64,000 bases of DNA, taken from Deltaproteobacteria bacterium (GTDB lineage: Bacteria; Desulfobacterota; BSN033; UBA1163). Numbering within the stretch: the stretch's first letter is position 1; each line of letters opens with the position of its first letter. The translations under genes and the position numbers were made by a program. The notes under the pieces are model-generated. The model saw nothing but the letters and a program-made list of their open reading frames with translations, did not search any database and had not been told where the DNA came from. The stretch spans positions 11,715 to 75,714 of the forward strand of contig JAGVBT010000069.1 of the NCBI GenBank assembly GCA_020059605.1, written 5' to 3'. Positions 18,454 to 27,417 of this stretch are shown in pieces.

Positions 18454-19653
18454 ATGAAGATCCTGTTTATCGGACAGAAAGGAATCCCCGCCACGTTCGG
18501 CGGGATTGAGGTCCACGTGGATGGACTCAGCAGGGGGTTGGCCGAGGCGGGCCATGACGTTGAAGTCTATGTCCGCAAATGGTACACCCCGAAAGATCTA
18601 AAACGCCATCACGGAGTCCGGTTAATCCATCTCCCGACCCTCCGGACAAAACATCTCGATGCATCCATTCACTCCCTCCTCTGCTCCGTTCATGCACTCT
18701 TTCAACGGGCTGACATTATCCATTATCACGCCCTCGGTCCCACGGTCTTTTCCATCCTTCCGAGGCTGTTCGGGAAAAAAGTCGTTTCCACGGTCCATCG
18801 GTTGGATTGGGACACGGAAAAATGGGGGGCCTTTGCCCGGCTCTTTCTGAAAATGGGGGAATACCTCTCGGCCAGGGTCCCGCACCGGACCATCGTTGTC
18901 TCTGAAGACCTGAGACGCTACTATCTAAACCGGTATGGCGTAAAAACGGTTCATGTCTCTCACGGGGTGGAAAAAACGGCGCCGAGGCCGGCCTGCCTCA
19001 TCCGTGAGAAATATGGTTTAACAGGAAGTGATTACATCTTGTTCCTGGGCAGGATTGTTCCCGAAAAGAGGGTGGACTGGCTGATCCGATCTTTCCGGCA
19101 GGTGAAACGGCCAGGGCCGGATGGGAAAACGGTCAAACTTGTGATTGCCGGGGGATCGAGCGCCACCGAGGGTTACGTTCAAAACGTGAAGGCATTGAGC
19201 TCCGGAGATCCGGAAATCCTCTTTACCGGGTTTGTCACGGGCATGGAAAAAGAGGAACTTTTAAGCAACACCCTTCTCTTTGTCCTTCCCTCCCGCCTGG
19301 AAGGGTTCCCCATTGCCCTGATGGAGGCCAAAGGATATGGGCGGTGCTGTCTCGCGAGCGACATTCCCCCGCACCGGGAAGCCATCCTGAGCGGCCTTGA
19401 TGGCATGCTCTTTGATGCAAACCGGCTGGAGGACCTGACCCTGAAGCTGCAACAATTGCTGGAGAACCCGGGGAAGGTTGAAGTCCTCGGGGAAAACGCC
19501 AGGAAAGGGGTTGAACAGGGCCCTTCCTGGAAAAATATTACTGAAACAACGGAAACGATTTACCGGGAGATCCTCCGGGAAGGGTTAAAAAAAGGTCCTA
19601 ACAATGCTGAAGGAAAAAGACCGGTTGCTGCGAAACGGCCTGAGACTATTTGA
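18454..19653 (+). CDS. GT4 glycosyltransferase
   Basis: MKILFIGQKGIPATFGGIEVHVDGLSRGLAEAGHDVEVY... and LEGFPIALMEAKGYGRCCLASDIPPHRE. The C-terminal tail overlaps the next gene by 50 nt. Confidence 0.85.
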   Translation: MKILFIGQKGIPATFGGIEVHVDGLSRGLAEAGHDVEVYVRKWYTPKDLKRHHGVRLIHLPTLRTKHLDASIHSLLCSVHALFQRADIIHYHALGPTVFSILPRLFGKKVVSTVHRLDWDTEKWGAFARLFLKMGEYLSARVPHRTIVVSEDLRRYYLNRYGVKTVHVSHGVEKTAPRPACLIREKYGLTGSDYILFLGRIVPEKRVDWLIRSFRQVKRPGPDGKTVKLVIAGGSSATEGYVQNVKALSSGDPEILFTGFVTGMEKEELLSNTLLFVLPSRLEGFPIALMEAKGYGRCCLASDIPPHREAILSGLDGMLFDANRLEDLTLKLQQLLENPGKVEVLGENARKGVEQGPSWKNITETTETIYREILREGLKKGPNNAEGKRPVAAKRPETI

Positions 19654-21028
19654 CCTCATCCTGTCCGTTCCGGCTTTTTATATTGCCTATCATGTTCATA
19701 TCACCCTCATTGCTCCGAGGTTTCCTTCTCTGTTTACCGGGCTCTTCCCGGTGGCCTACTATACGTGGATCCTTGCCTTAGCGATCCCTCTGGGCCTCAT
19801 CCTTTTTCACCTGGGCGGACTATATGATCGCCTTCGCCTGGAGTCGAAGGGAAGGACCTTCTGGAAGATCCTCCGGGTCATGGCCCTTTTCATCGCCGCC
19901 TTATATCTGGGAGTCCATGTTGTTGTCAAGGCCACCTATTTCAGCCGTTTCTTTATTTTTCTGTATGGACTCTTTTATACCGCCCTTCTGTTGGGGTTCC
20001 GGTTTCTGATCCTTTCCTTTCTGGAGAGGATTCGAGAAAGGGGATTCAATGTCCATCAAACCCTCATCATCGGGACCGGGGAAGGGGCCAGGGAGGTTTA
20101 TGAAAGAATCGAAGCCTACCGCTTCTGGGGACTTCACCTGCTGGGGTTCATCGCTTGTTCTCCCCGGGTTCTCCACATCCCCCGGGAAAAAATCATAGGA
20201 ACCCTTGAGGACCTTGAAACGATTTTGAGAGGCAGAGTGATTGATGAAGTGTTTGTGACGCTCTCCGAGGAAGAGATGCCGAACCGGGAGGATATCTTAA
20301 GGGCTTGCGAAAGCGTGGGGGTCCCGGTCTACCTGGTTCCTGTCCGTTATGAGTGGCAACTTTCCAGATCGACGACTACCAGCCTCGGGGATATTCACCT
20401 CATCCGGTTCTCTCCCGTCCCGGACCGCCCTTTTCCGCTCGGGGTCAAGAGGGGCATCGATCTTGCCGTCTCCTCTTTGGTTCTCCTTGTCTTTCCCTTG
20501 CTCTGCCTCGTGGTCGGACTCCTGATCAAGCTGGATTCCCCCGGTCCGGTCCTCTATCGGCAAATTCGGGTCTCCCACAACAAGAGGAAATTTAACTGTT
20601 ATAAGTTTAGAACCATGATCCTGGAGGCGGATCGGCATATTCACCTGCTCGAAGGGTTGGATGAAACGAAGGGGCCGATACGAAAGGCGCGAAACGACCC
20701 CCGGATCACCAGGGTGGGCAGGGTGCTGAGGCGATTCAGCATCGACGAGACCCCCCAATTCATCAACATCTTCAAGGGCGAAATGAGCCTGGTCGGACCC
20801 CGGCCGCCCACGCCCGATGAGGTGGAACAGTATGCCTTCCATCAATTGAGGCGATTGAGCGTCAAGCAGGGATTGACAGGGCTGTGGCAGGTCAGCGGCC
20901 GGGATGCGATTAAGACCTTCGAAGAGAGACTGAAACTCGATCTTTATTACATCGATCACTGGTCCCTATGGCTGGACATCAAGATCATTTTTAAAACCCT
21001 TTACATCATCTTCAAAGGAGCCGTCTAA
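19604..21028 (+). CDS. Polyprenyl-phosphate glycosyl-1-phosphate transferase (WbaP/EpsB-type initiating PGT, Bac_transf domain)
   Basis: Four N-terminal TM segments, a Rossmann-like middle, then KRGIDLAVSS...LDSPGPVLYRQIRVSHNKRKFNCYKFRTM...DETPQFINIFKGEMSLVGPRPP. Confidence 0.9.
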   Translation: MLKEKDRLLRNGLRLFDLILSVPAFYIAYHVHITLIAPRFPSLFTGLFPVAYYTWILALAIPLGLILFHLGGLYDRLRLESKGRTFWKILRVMALFIAALYLGVHVVVKATYFSRFFIFLYGLFYTALLLGFRFLILSFLERIRERGFNVHQTLIIGTGEGAREVYERIEAYRFWGLHLLGFIACSPRVLHIPREKIIGTLEDLETILRGRVIDEVFVTLSEEEMPNREDILRACESVGVPVYLVPVRYEWQLSRSTTTSLGDIHLIRFSPVPDRPFPLGVKRGIDLAVSSLVLLVFPLLCLVVGLLIKLDSPGPVLYRQIRVSHNKRKFNCYKFRTMILEADRHIHLLEGLDETKGPIRKARNDPRITRVGRVLRRFSIDETPQFINIFKGEMSLVGPRPPTPDEVEQYAFHQLRRLSVKQGLTGLWQVSGRDAIKTFEERLKLDLYYIDHWSLWLDIKIIFKTLYIIFKGAV

Positions 21029-21029
21029 C

Positions 21030-21062
21030 GGGGACATTGTTCCCTATTTTGCTATTTTATCC
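21030..21062 (+). terminator. Weak hairpin plus T-rich tail right after the PGT stop; member of the GGGGACRT...TTGCTATTT motif family
   Basis: GGGGAC-ATT-GTTCCC (6-bp stem including one G-U pair) is followed by TATTTTGCTATTTTAT. It lies in a convergent junction and overlaps the 3' end of the flippase gene. Confidence 0.3.
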
Positions 21063-22353
21063 TGCCTCTTTCGCTTACCGGTGTGTTGTCCGTGCGGCCA
21101 TAAATCAGAATGAGATTAACAATCAATAGAGAAAAGGACACAATGCAAACCATGAGGAGGACCTGGATCAAGGTTTTATGGAAAAGGAGAATCAAACCGG
21201 TTTGCATCAGGGTCAAAGCGATTAACACATGGAGAAACGTTCTCCCTTTCCTTGCGAGATGATAATAAAGGAGGATGAAGATCAGCGAAAAGAAGGTCAT
21301 ATTGACGGAGAAGAGCCGCACCAGGGAAATGCATTCCGGAAGGGTCTTCCCGGTGAGGATCCGGATGACCTCCAGTGGGAAAACAAGACAGAAGAAAAGG
21401 GCTCCGCCGCAGAGGAAGCCTGCCATTCCCAGGCTCAATTTTAAAAGGGGTAGAGATGTATTTCCAAGGGCCTCCCGGGAGGCGAATTTGGGGAACATGA
21501 CCATCACGACGGGCAGGGGAAGAAAAAGGACGATCTTGCCGGCCATTTGTGCAATTGAGTAATGCCCGGCTTCCAGGGGGGTGAAGAGGTGTTTGACCAG
21601 GATCAGGTCGATATTGGTCAGGATTAAAAAACAGAAAAAGGTTAAGCCCGCGGGCAGGAAATAGGCGTAAACCTCTTTCAGAGGAAGGAGTTCTGTTTCG
21701 GCCGGAGAGGCTTCTTGCGGCATGGGCCTGGGGTGTTCGGGAAATCCTTTCGATAGCATGAGGAGGGATAAAAAGGTGGTGATGAGATAGGCAAGTCCAA
21801 TGGCGCCCATCGCCCCCTCGACCCCCCAACCGATTCGAACAAGGAGAAACCCGAAAAGAAGCTTGAGCCCCCCGTTGAGGGTGAGGTTGACCGAGAAAGA
21901 ACCGAACCTCTGGAGACCCTGGAGACCTCCCCAGGGAACAGGAATGATGAGTCCAAAAAAAAGACTGATTCCAAGAAGGGTGACCAGGCTCCAGGAATCA
22001 AATTTCAACGAAGAGGAGATGAGCGGGTTGGCCAGGAGGATGGATAAAAGCACAAAAGAAGCGACGATTGCCATCACGATGAGAAGGTGCCGGAGAAGGG
22101 TTTTCATCTTTTCCATTTGCCGATGGACCAGGAAAAAAGAGACGAACCGCGTGGCTGCCGCCTGGAGGGTGTTGGCCGGGACCGAGATGACCATAAAAAT
22201 GGCGAGCAGGGTGTTGAGATGGCCATAGTCAATAGGGCTGAGCATTCTCACCATGATGAAATGGTAAAAGAGGTTGCACAGGTTATAAAGACCCACGCCA
22301 ATGAATACAAGGCCGGTCTGTTTCAAAAAAAGGAGGTCCAGGCGGTGGTTCAA
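21052..22353 (-). CDS. wzx: MOP-superfamily oligosaccharide flippase (Wzx-like)
   Basis: 433 aa and about 12-14 TM segments. The N-terminus ...FYHFIMVRMLSPIDYGHLNTLLAIF is typical of the polysaccharide biosynthesis protein family. The listed start is TTG, preceded by GGAG. Confidence 0.8.
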   Translation of the reverse strand: MNHRLDLLFLKQTGLVFIGVGLYNLCNLFYHFIMVRMLSPIDYGHLNTLLAIFMVISVPANTLQAAATRFVSFFLVHRQMEKMKTLLRHLLIVMAIVASFVLLSILLANPLISSSLKFDSWSLVTLLGISLFFGLIIPVPWGGLQGLQRFGSFSVNLTLNGGLKLLFGFLLVRIGWGVEGAMGAIGLAYLITTFLSLLMLSKGFPEHPRPMPQEASPAETELLPLKEVYAYFLPAGLTFFCFLILTNIDLILVKHLFTPLEAGHYSIAQMAGKIVLFLPLPVVMVMFPKFASREALGNTSLPLLKLSLGMAGFLCGGALFFCLVFPLEVIRILTGKTLPECISLVRLFSVNMTFFSLIFILLYYHLARKGRTFLHVLIALTLMQTGLILLFHKTLIQVLLMVCIVSFSLLIVNLILIYGRTDNTPVSERGRIK

Positions 22354-22358
22354 GAGCC

Positions 22359-22459
22359 ACTCCGGGGACGTAGTTTTCTATTTTGCTAATTTCCCAGGCA
22401 TGGAATAAAAGCTTGGATATGCAATCAACGACATTGTAGAAGATATTGACCTTTTCAGC
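22359..22459. repeat. 101-nt direct repeat, copy A1 (leader plus degenerate promoter upstream of wzx)
   Basis: Roughly nine-tenths identical by eye to 23095-23195, in the same orientation. Contains GGGGACGTAGTTTTCTATTTTGCTAATTT and CAATCAACGACATTGTAGAAGATAT. Confidence 0.85.
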
Positions 22460-22491
22460 TTAAGGAACAGAAGTAATCCACTAACAAAAAT

Positions 22492-22857
22492 TTACGGCCG
22501 CTGTCTAATTCTATACCTCCCAACCTCCAGAATGGTCAAATTATTAGGCAATCTTTTTCTTTCTACTTCAACAAAGAACCTTTTAATTGCATCCAAAATT
22601 TGCTGCCTAATAAAGGTATAGGGAAGGTTAACGCAAATGATTCCGTAATGAGTCCCAAGAGGATATTTCAGAACATTTCCGAACTCCCTATCTCTGGAGA
22701 TAATTATCATTCTATGTTTTTGCGCATACTTAAAGACCACGGCATCGGTTGACCCCTTTAATCCAATATCTCTCAAATCAATCGTATCAATACCAAGTGA
22801 TTGAAGCAATCTTGCCGTTGGGCGAGGCATATCTTCATCCACTAAAATCTTCAGCAC
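22492..22857 (-). CDS. DUF5615/Mut7-C PIN-like toxin
   Basis: MLKILVDEDMPRPTARLLQSLGIDTIDLRDIGLKGSTDAVVFKYAQKHRMIIISRDREF. Start overlaps the stop of the DUF433 gene. Confidence 0.75.
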   Translation of the reverse strand: MLKILVDEDMPRPTARLLQSLGIDTIDLRDIGLKGSTDAVVFKYAQKHRMIIISRDREFGNVLKYPLGTHYGIICVNLPYTFIRQQILDAIKRFFVEVERKRLPNNLTILEVGRYRIRQRP

Positions 22858-23078
22858 TACACCGCCTCGAGAATGTGTATTTCTTCATTAGAGACTATTT
22901 TGGCTGCGTATTCTATCGCCGCCCTTATATCCTCTTCGGCAATCTCATAATCTTCACAGATCTCTTTGAAAGACATGCCTCCTGCTAGGGATCCCAGAAT
23001 TAAATCTACCGGAACTCTGGTACCCCTAATCACCGGTTTTCCATGTCTAATATTTTTGTCGATAACAATTCTTTCCAT
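22857..23078 (-). CDS. DUF433 antitoxin-like protein
   Basis: RHGKPVIRGTRVPVDLILGSLAGGMSFKEICEDYEIAEEDIRAAIEYAA is the DUF433 signature. GAGGAGG RBS upstream. Confidence 0.8.
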   Translation of the reverse strand: MERIVIDKNIRHGKPVIRGTRVPVDLILGSLAGGMSFKEICEDYEIAEEDIRAAIEYAAKIVSNEEIHILEAV

Positions 23079-23094
23079 CTTTCCTCCTCATTGG

Positions 23095-23195
23095 ACTCCC
23101 GGGACGTAGTTTTCTATTTTGCTAATTTCCCAGGCATGGTATAATAGTTTAGATATGCAATCAACGACATTGTAGAAGATATCCGCCTTTTCTGC
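23095..23195. repeat. 101-nt direct repeat, copy A2 (promoter plus leader of the DUF433/PIN cassette)
   Basis: See 22359-22459. The two copies bracket exactly the two TA genes and are 736 nt apart. Confidence 0.85.
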
Positions 23196-23197
23196 AA
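23169..23197 (-). promoter_or_regulatory. Candidate sigma70 promoter, TTGCAG-17 nt-TACAAT
   Basis: The minus strand reads TTGCAGaaaaggcggatatcttcTACAAT, about 90 nt upstream of ATG 23078. In copy A1 the -35 is degraded to AAGCTG. Confidence 0.45.
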
Positions 23198-23200
23198 AGT

Positions 23201-23686
23201 TCAGGTCTTGATGAATTCCCGGATGGTCCTGATCAGGTTCGCCTTCCCCGGATTTTCCATGGGGGGATATTGCTTCTTTTCCTTAAGTGCCTTCAGGATC
23301 TTTTCCAACAATTGGTTTTCTTCATCCGCCACGTAAACCGGTTGATCATCCCGCCCTGCAAGCGCCCTTGTAATTTCCAACTGGTGGTCGTTCTTATGTT
23401 CCCCGTATCTTTTTCTTCTCGGGAGGATGACGAGGGGGATCCTCTCCTGTTGGCAGAGGATGATCGTTCCGATTCCGGCATGGGAGACCACGACTTCCGC
23501 CCTCCGGAGATGTTCGATGAATACATTCCCCGGAACGAAATCGAAGTGGTTCGCATTTTTGGGCTGATAAGGAGAGACCCCCTTCTGGATCAAGACTTCA
23601 CAGGGAAGATGGGAAAAGATTTCGTCCATCTTTTTTAAAAGGCGGTCAAAAGGCCGGAAGTCATTGCCTACGGTTACAAAAATCAT
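23201..23686 (-). CDS. Alg13-like glycosyltransferase catalytic subunit (Glyco_tran_28_C; PssE/Cps14G-like)
   Basis: MIFVTVGNDFRPFDRLLKKMDEI...VVSHAGIGTIIL. Start set at ATG 23686, an ATGA overlap with the Alg14-like gene. The listed ORF extends to 23743. Confidence 0.75.
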   Translation of the reverse strand: MIFVTVGNDFRPFDRLLKKMDEIFSHLPCEVLIQKGVSPYQPKNANHFDFVPGNVFIEHLRRAEVVVSHAGIGTIILCQQERIPLVILPRRKRYGEHKNDHQLEITRALAGRDDQPVYVADEENQLLEKILKALKEKKQYPPMENPGKANLIRTIREFIKT

Positions 23687-24138
23687 ATCAACCCGTCCAC
23701 ATATCTTGCCTTCGGGCCATACTGTTTCAACAGTGGCTCCCATTGGACCAAAAATAGGTCAGCGATGGGGTAGACCCATCTCCCCGTCAAAGAAGGGGAG
23801 TAAACCTGGGCGCTGCACTCAAGATAGATCAACCTGGCGCCAAAGAGAAATTTTCCGATATAAAAAGAGGGGATGGCAATCTCGGCGCCGGTGGAGAAAA
23901 GGATTTTCGGCCTCTCCCGCAAAAAAATAGTAATGATTTTAAAAACCCCCATGAGCAGATGAAAGGGATTTTTTGCAAAATTCTTTATATAGTAAGCGTT
24001 CTTTTGATCCGCCGCTGCTTTTTCGTCGTATGTTAAAAGAAAAAAAGGGAATCCCTCGAAGGCTTCCGACAACTGAAGGACTTCCACCAGGTGCCCTCCG
24101 TGAGAACAGATGAGTCCGATTTTTTTATCCTGTTTCAC
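23683..24138 (-). CDS. Alg14-like glycosyltransferase membrane/accessory subunit (PssD/Cps14F-like)
   Basis: KKIGLICSHGGHLVEVLQLSEAF...ILFSTGAEIAIP. Sits immediately upstream of the Alg13-like partner. Confidence 0.7.
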   Translation of the reverse strand: MKQDKKIGLICSHGGHLVEVLQLSEAFEGFPFFLLTYDEKAAADQKNAYYIKNFAKNPFHLLMGVFKIITIFLRERPKILFSTGAEIAIPSFYIGKFLFGARLIYLECSAQVYSPSLTGRWVYPIADLFLVQWEPLLKQYGPKARYVDGLI

Positions 24139-25126
24139 CGATCCTCTCGATCAGGTCCAACCATCCGGCCTCGAACTTTTCAATCGTAAATTGTTTTGCA
24201 TATTCATAGCCTTTCCCACCAAGCTCGGGGTGATCCAGGGCAAAGTAAACCTTCTCCCTTAACTCCCGGATATCTCCGCAGATCATCTGACCTCCCCCCT
24301 CCAGCAACTCCGTCATCCCTCCCAGGCCGGAGCCGATCACGGGCGTTTTACAGAGCATGGCCTCGTGGGTGGTTCGTCCCCAGCCTTCCTTAAATTTTGA
24401 CATGGTGACGACCACGGAGGAAGATTTTAAAAGCAGGAGATATTCTCTATCACTCAGGTTGAGATTTGGAATGGGGAGATGGACCTCCTTCCGCCCGCTG
24501 GTCACTAAATAGACCTTTAGGTCTTTGAGTTGTTCATAGGTTTCGACAACCCCTTTGATGCGCTGGCAATTGCCGATATAAATGATCGGTTTTTCTTCTA
24601 AGTGAAACCTTTTTTTGAACTCCGAAACCTCTTCATCCTCAAAATGGAAAAGGTCCAAATTAAAACCATTGTAAATGAGAAAAACCTTTTGATGCCCCCT
24701 TTCTAAAAAATGGTTTTGCCAGTATTTTGAGACGGTGACAATGAAATCGACCTTTCGTAGATGGCGATAAAACCCCTTTTCTAATCCCTTGAAGAGAGGT
24801 TTGAGAGAGGACGGTTGAGTCGAAAAATCGATATGGTGGATCAGGACAAGGTGTTGACCTTCGGTATAATCATAGGGCAGGGTGATCACTGAATCAAAGT
24901 TTCTGATCCAGATATCCTTGGCTCCTCTTAATCTGAAGAGGCGGAAAAGAATTACGGGGTAATCATATTTTTTGAAGTGATCCACCCCCACATTGAGGAT
25001 CTCGAGATGGTGATGTTTTGACAGGGCGGATTGGGCCATTCGGGAATAGGCCGTTTCTCCATACCAATTTTTAAGCACCTCTATCCACCCTATTTCCATG
25101 CCACTACAACTCTCGAAGGACTCCAA
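24125..25126 (-). CDS. GT4 (Glycos_transf_1) glycosyltransferase
   Basis: SKFKEGWGRTTHEAMLCKTPVIGSGLGGMTELLEGG is the E-x7-E block. The N-terminal start is uncertain. Confidence 0.75.
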   Translation of the reverse strand: MESFESCSGMEIGWIEVLKNWYGETAYSRMAQSALSKHHHLEILNVGVDHFKKYDYPVILFRLFRLRGAKDIWIRNFDSVITLPYDYTEGQHLVLIHHIDFSTQPSSLKPLFKGLEKGFYRHLRKVDFIVTVSKYWQNHFLERGHQKVFLIYNGFNLDLFHFEDEEVSEFKKRFHLEEKPIIYIGNCQRIKGVVETYEQLKDLKVYLVTSGRKEVHLPIPNLNLSDREYLLLLKSSSVVVTMSKFKEGWGRTTHEAMLCKTPVIGSGLGGMTELLEGGGQMICGDIRELREKVYFALDHPELGGKGYEYAKQFTIEKFEAGWLDLIERIGETG

Positions 25127-25300
25127 GACCTTTTAGCTTTTAAAACAATACATACTCGCTCTCCAAAACCCGTGTCAAGAAGCAATCTGGAGGTAAAAAA
25201 TCCAATTGTGTCAATTTCATTGGCGTTCTTTTGGTGCAGTGAACGGTTTCTCCATTAGAAATAATCGACCCCTTGGTTTCGAATTGTACCGCTGGGATTT

Positions 25301-26242
25301 TTATGGGGTTAGATTGAGGATATCCCTTTCTCCGAGACGATACCTCTTTTTTTTCTCTTCCTTTCTTCGTTTTAATGCCTTTCTCAATCTCGCCAGGGCG
25401 AAGATAAAACCGATGGGTTTAAAGATATGATCCTTTCCCCACAGGGATAAGAATAGATTGCAGGGGATCAAAAGGGTATGTTTGATGATGAGGTTCCGAT
25501 CGAGGATGTTCTTCCAGGTAAACAGATACTGGTTCCTCTCCTGGATGATCCTGGCATACATCTTGGCCAAGAAGAGTTCCCATTTGCCTTTTTTTCTGAA
25601 AACGATCGTTCCCTGGTCTTTGTGATAGATCACGCTCCTGGGTTCGTAAATCATCTTATATCCTTTTTTCAAAGCGCGATAGCAGAGATCGACATCCTCC
25701 CAGTAGAAGGGGTGATATAAATCATCGAACCCCCCCAGTTCTAAAAAAATGTCTTTATCATAGGCTCCCATTCCCCCACTGACATAAAAGGTCTCCCCCC
25801 CTCCTTCTTTATCCCTAATAATTTCTATTTCTCCTCTTCTGAGGCATATCGTTGATCTTAGATGATAATGCCCCTTATCTCCCGCTTTTAATACTTTGGA
25901 ACCCACTGCAAATACATCCTTTTCTATGAGGTGGTATAAAAGCGGAGCAAGAAAGTTAGGTTCAACAACCACATCGTTATTGATTAGGATTATAAATTTG
26001 CCTTTCGACCCATATATCCCTTCCATGATGGCTTTTGCAAAACCTATATTCTCTTTTAATGGAACAACATTAATTTGAGGAAAATGTTTCTTGAGAAAAA
26101 GGAGGGTATTATCTCTTGAACCATCATCCACGACAATGATTTCGTAACCAGAATTTAAATCTATGGCATTCAATATGGAAGGGAGAGACTTCTTTAACAG
26201 CTCCGTTCCATTGTAGGATGGGATGATAATGCTTGCATTCAT
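25301..26242 (-). CDS. GT2 family glycosyltransferase
   Basis: MNASIIIPSYNGTELLKKSLPSILNA...IIVVDDGSRDNT...ILINNDVVV...YWEDVDLCYR. Confidence 0.85.
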   Translation of the reverse strand: MNASIIIPSYNGTELLKKSLPSILNAIDLNSGYEIIVVDDGSRDNTLLFLKKHFPQINVVPLKENIGFAKAIMEGIYGSKGKFIILINNDVVVEPNFLAPLLYHLIEKDVFAVGSKVLKAGDKGHYHLRSTICLRRGEIEIIRDKEGGGETFYVSGGMGAYDKDIFLELGGFDDLYHPFYWEDVDLCYRALKKGYKMIYEPRSVIYHKDQGTIVFRKKGKWELFLAKMYARIIQERNQYLFTWKNILDRNLIIKHTLLIPCNLFLSLWGKDHIFKPIGFIFALARLRKALKRRKEEKKKRYRLGERDILNLTP

Positions 26243-26244
26243 TA

Positions 26245-27360
26245 TTATTCTGTCATTTTATGGACAATTGATCGGATTCTTTTGTCCCATGTATTTTCAT
26301 ATGAAAATGCCCTGTGCTCTTCCAGGCTTCTCCTGAAATGGAGTTTACTGTCGATAAGTTTTTTTAGCAATGATAAATAAACATTCTCATTCTGATATAA
26401 ATGGACATAGTCTTTAAATTTATGGGTTTCTTTGTAATCCACAACGATGGCAGGTTTATAGGCATATATGTATTCATATAATTTAATCGGGTCGACCGAC
26501 CGTATTAATTCATTCACTTCAAAGGGCATCATGAGTGCATCGGATTTATCCATAATCTCGTAAATGTATTTATGTTCGACAGGGCCGGCATGGATAATCC
26601 TTTCATGGTTAGGCATCTTTTTTTCACATGGACCCCAAAAAATATAGTTGATGTTATCATACCGATGAAGGCTTTTCAAAATCAGTTCAAAATCGATCCA
26701 TTCAGATATCGTCCCGATATATGAAAGGTTTATCCTTTTCTTTTGGAAAGCAGAACTGATTTGAGATAATATTGAAGGGTTTAAAGATTCTGATAGGTTC
26801 CCTTCCTTCTCTAAATGAATCGCATTATTAACGACACATATGTCCTTTTTTACGCCATGCCTTTCTATCAATATCTTCTTTAAATAATCCGATGAGGCAA
26901 AAATAATATGGCTCCTCTCAACCAGCTCTTTTTCGTCATTAAAGATATTTCTGCACAGGGTAACGTTTGATTTTACAAGAGGGAATTCTAAGGCGTTATC
27001 CATACAGTCGTATATCAGTTTGCTGTGGATGGGGATGATTGATTTAATATCCGTAAATAATTTTGGGTAGGTCAACCAAATGATATCGTATTTGTCAATG
27101 CCCATTTTTATTTGAAAAGTAGTGAGAAAGGAATTGATCCTCGTAAATAAATGATGGTCAGGAAAAGGTAATTTAAATAATTCGTTAAGTGTAATACCCA
27201 AAGGAATTTCAAATCTGTTGAGTAATTGTTTTTTGCCGATATATTGTTTTTCATAAAAAACAGTTACATCGAAGTATTGAGATAAATATTCAGCAATAAA
27301 GTGAGGCCTTTGTTTAGCCCACCCCCATGGAACATGCATGAAGTAAAATATTTTTTTCAT
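26245..27360 (-). CDS. Putative GT-B glycosyltransferase (TuaH-like)
   Basis: FYFMHVPWGWAKQRPHFIAEYLSQ and ...MMPFEVNELIRSVDPIKLYEYIYAYKPAIV parallel the central domain of the 1062-aa fusion protein ([14 protein letters not shown]; [29 protein letters not shown]). Very A+T-rich. Confidence 0.55.
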   Translation of the reverse strand: MKKIFYFMHVPWGWAKQRPHFIAEYLSQYFDVTVFYEKQYIGKKQLLNRFEIPLGITLNELFKLPFPDHHLFTRINSFLTTFQIKMGIDKYDIIWLTYPKLFTDIKSIIPIHSKLIYDCMDNALEFPLVKSNVTLCRNIFNDEKELVERSHIIFASSDYLKKILIERHGVKKDICVVNNAIHLEKEGNLSESLNPSILSQISSAFQKKRINLSYIGTISEWIDFELILKSLHRYDNINYIFWGPCEKKMPNHERIIHAGPVEHKYIYEIMDKSDALMMPFEVNELIRSVDPIKLYEYIYAYKPAIVVDYKETHKFKDYVHLYQNENVYLSLLKKLIDSKLHFRRSLEEHRAFSYENTWDKRIRSIVHKMTE

Positions 27361-27417
27361 TGATGTCTTTAATTCTGTTTGTATATTTTTAAATTATTTA
27401 TGATGCATCACAATGCA

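Noticed and set aside
21030-21062. Sigma54-type promoter (GG-N10-GC) within the GGGGACRT...TTGCTA motif family.
   Set aside because: The GG-to-GC spacing in all copies (16-19 nt) does not fit the -24/-12 geometry.
22359-23195. Integron gene cassette (attC) or IS-type target-site duplication as the explanation for the repeats around the TA cassette.
   Set aside because: No integrase or transposase is in the window. I could not find attC-like R''/L''-L'/R' symmetry or a GTTRRRY core. 101 nt is far too long for a transposase target-site duplication. It is kept as an unexplained duplication.
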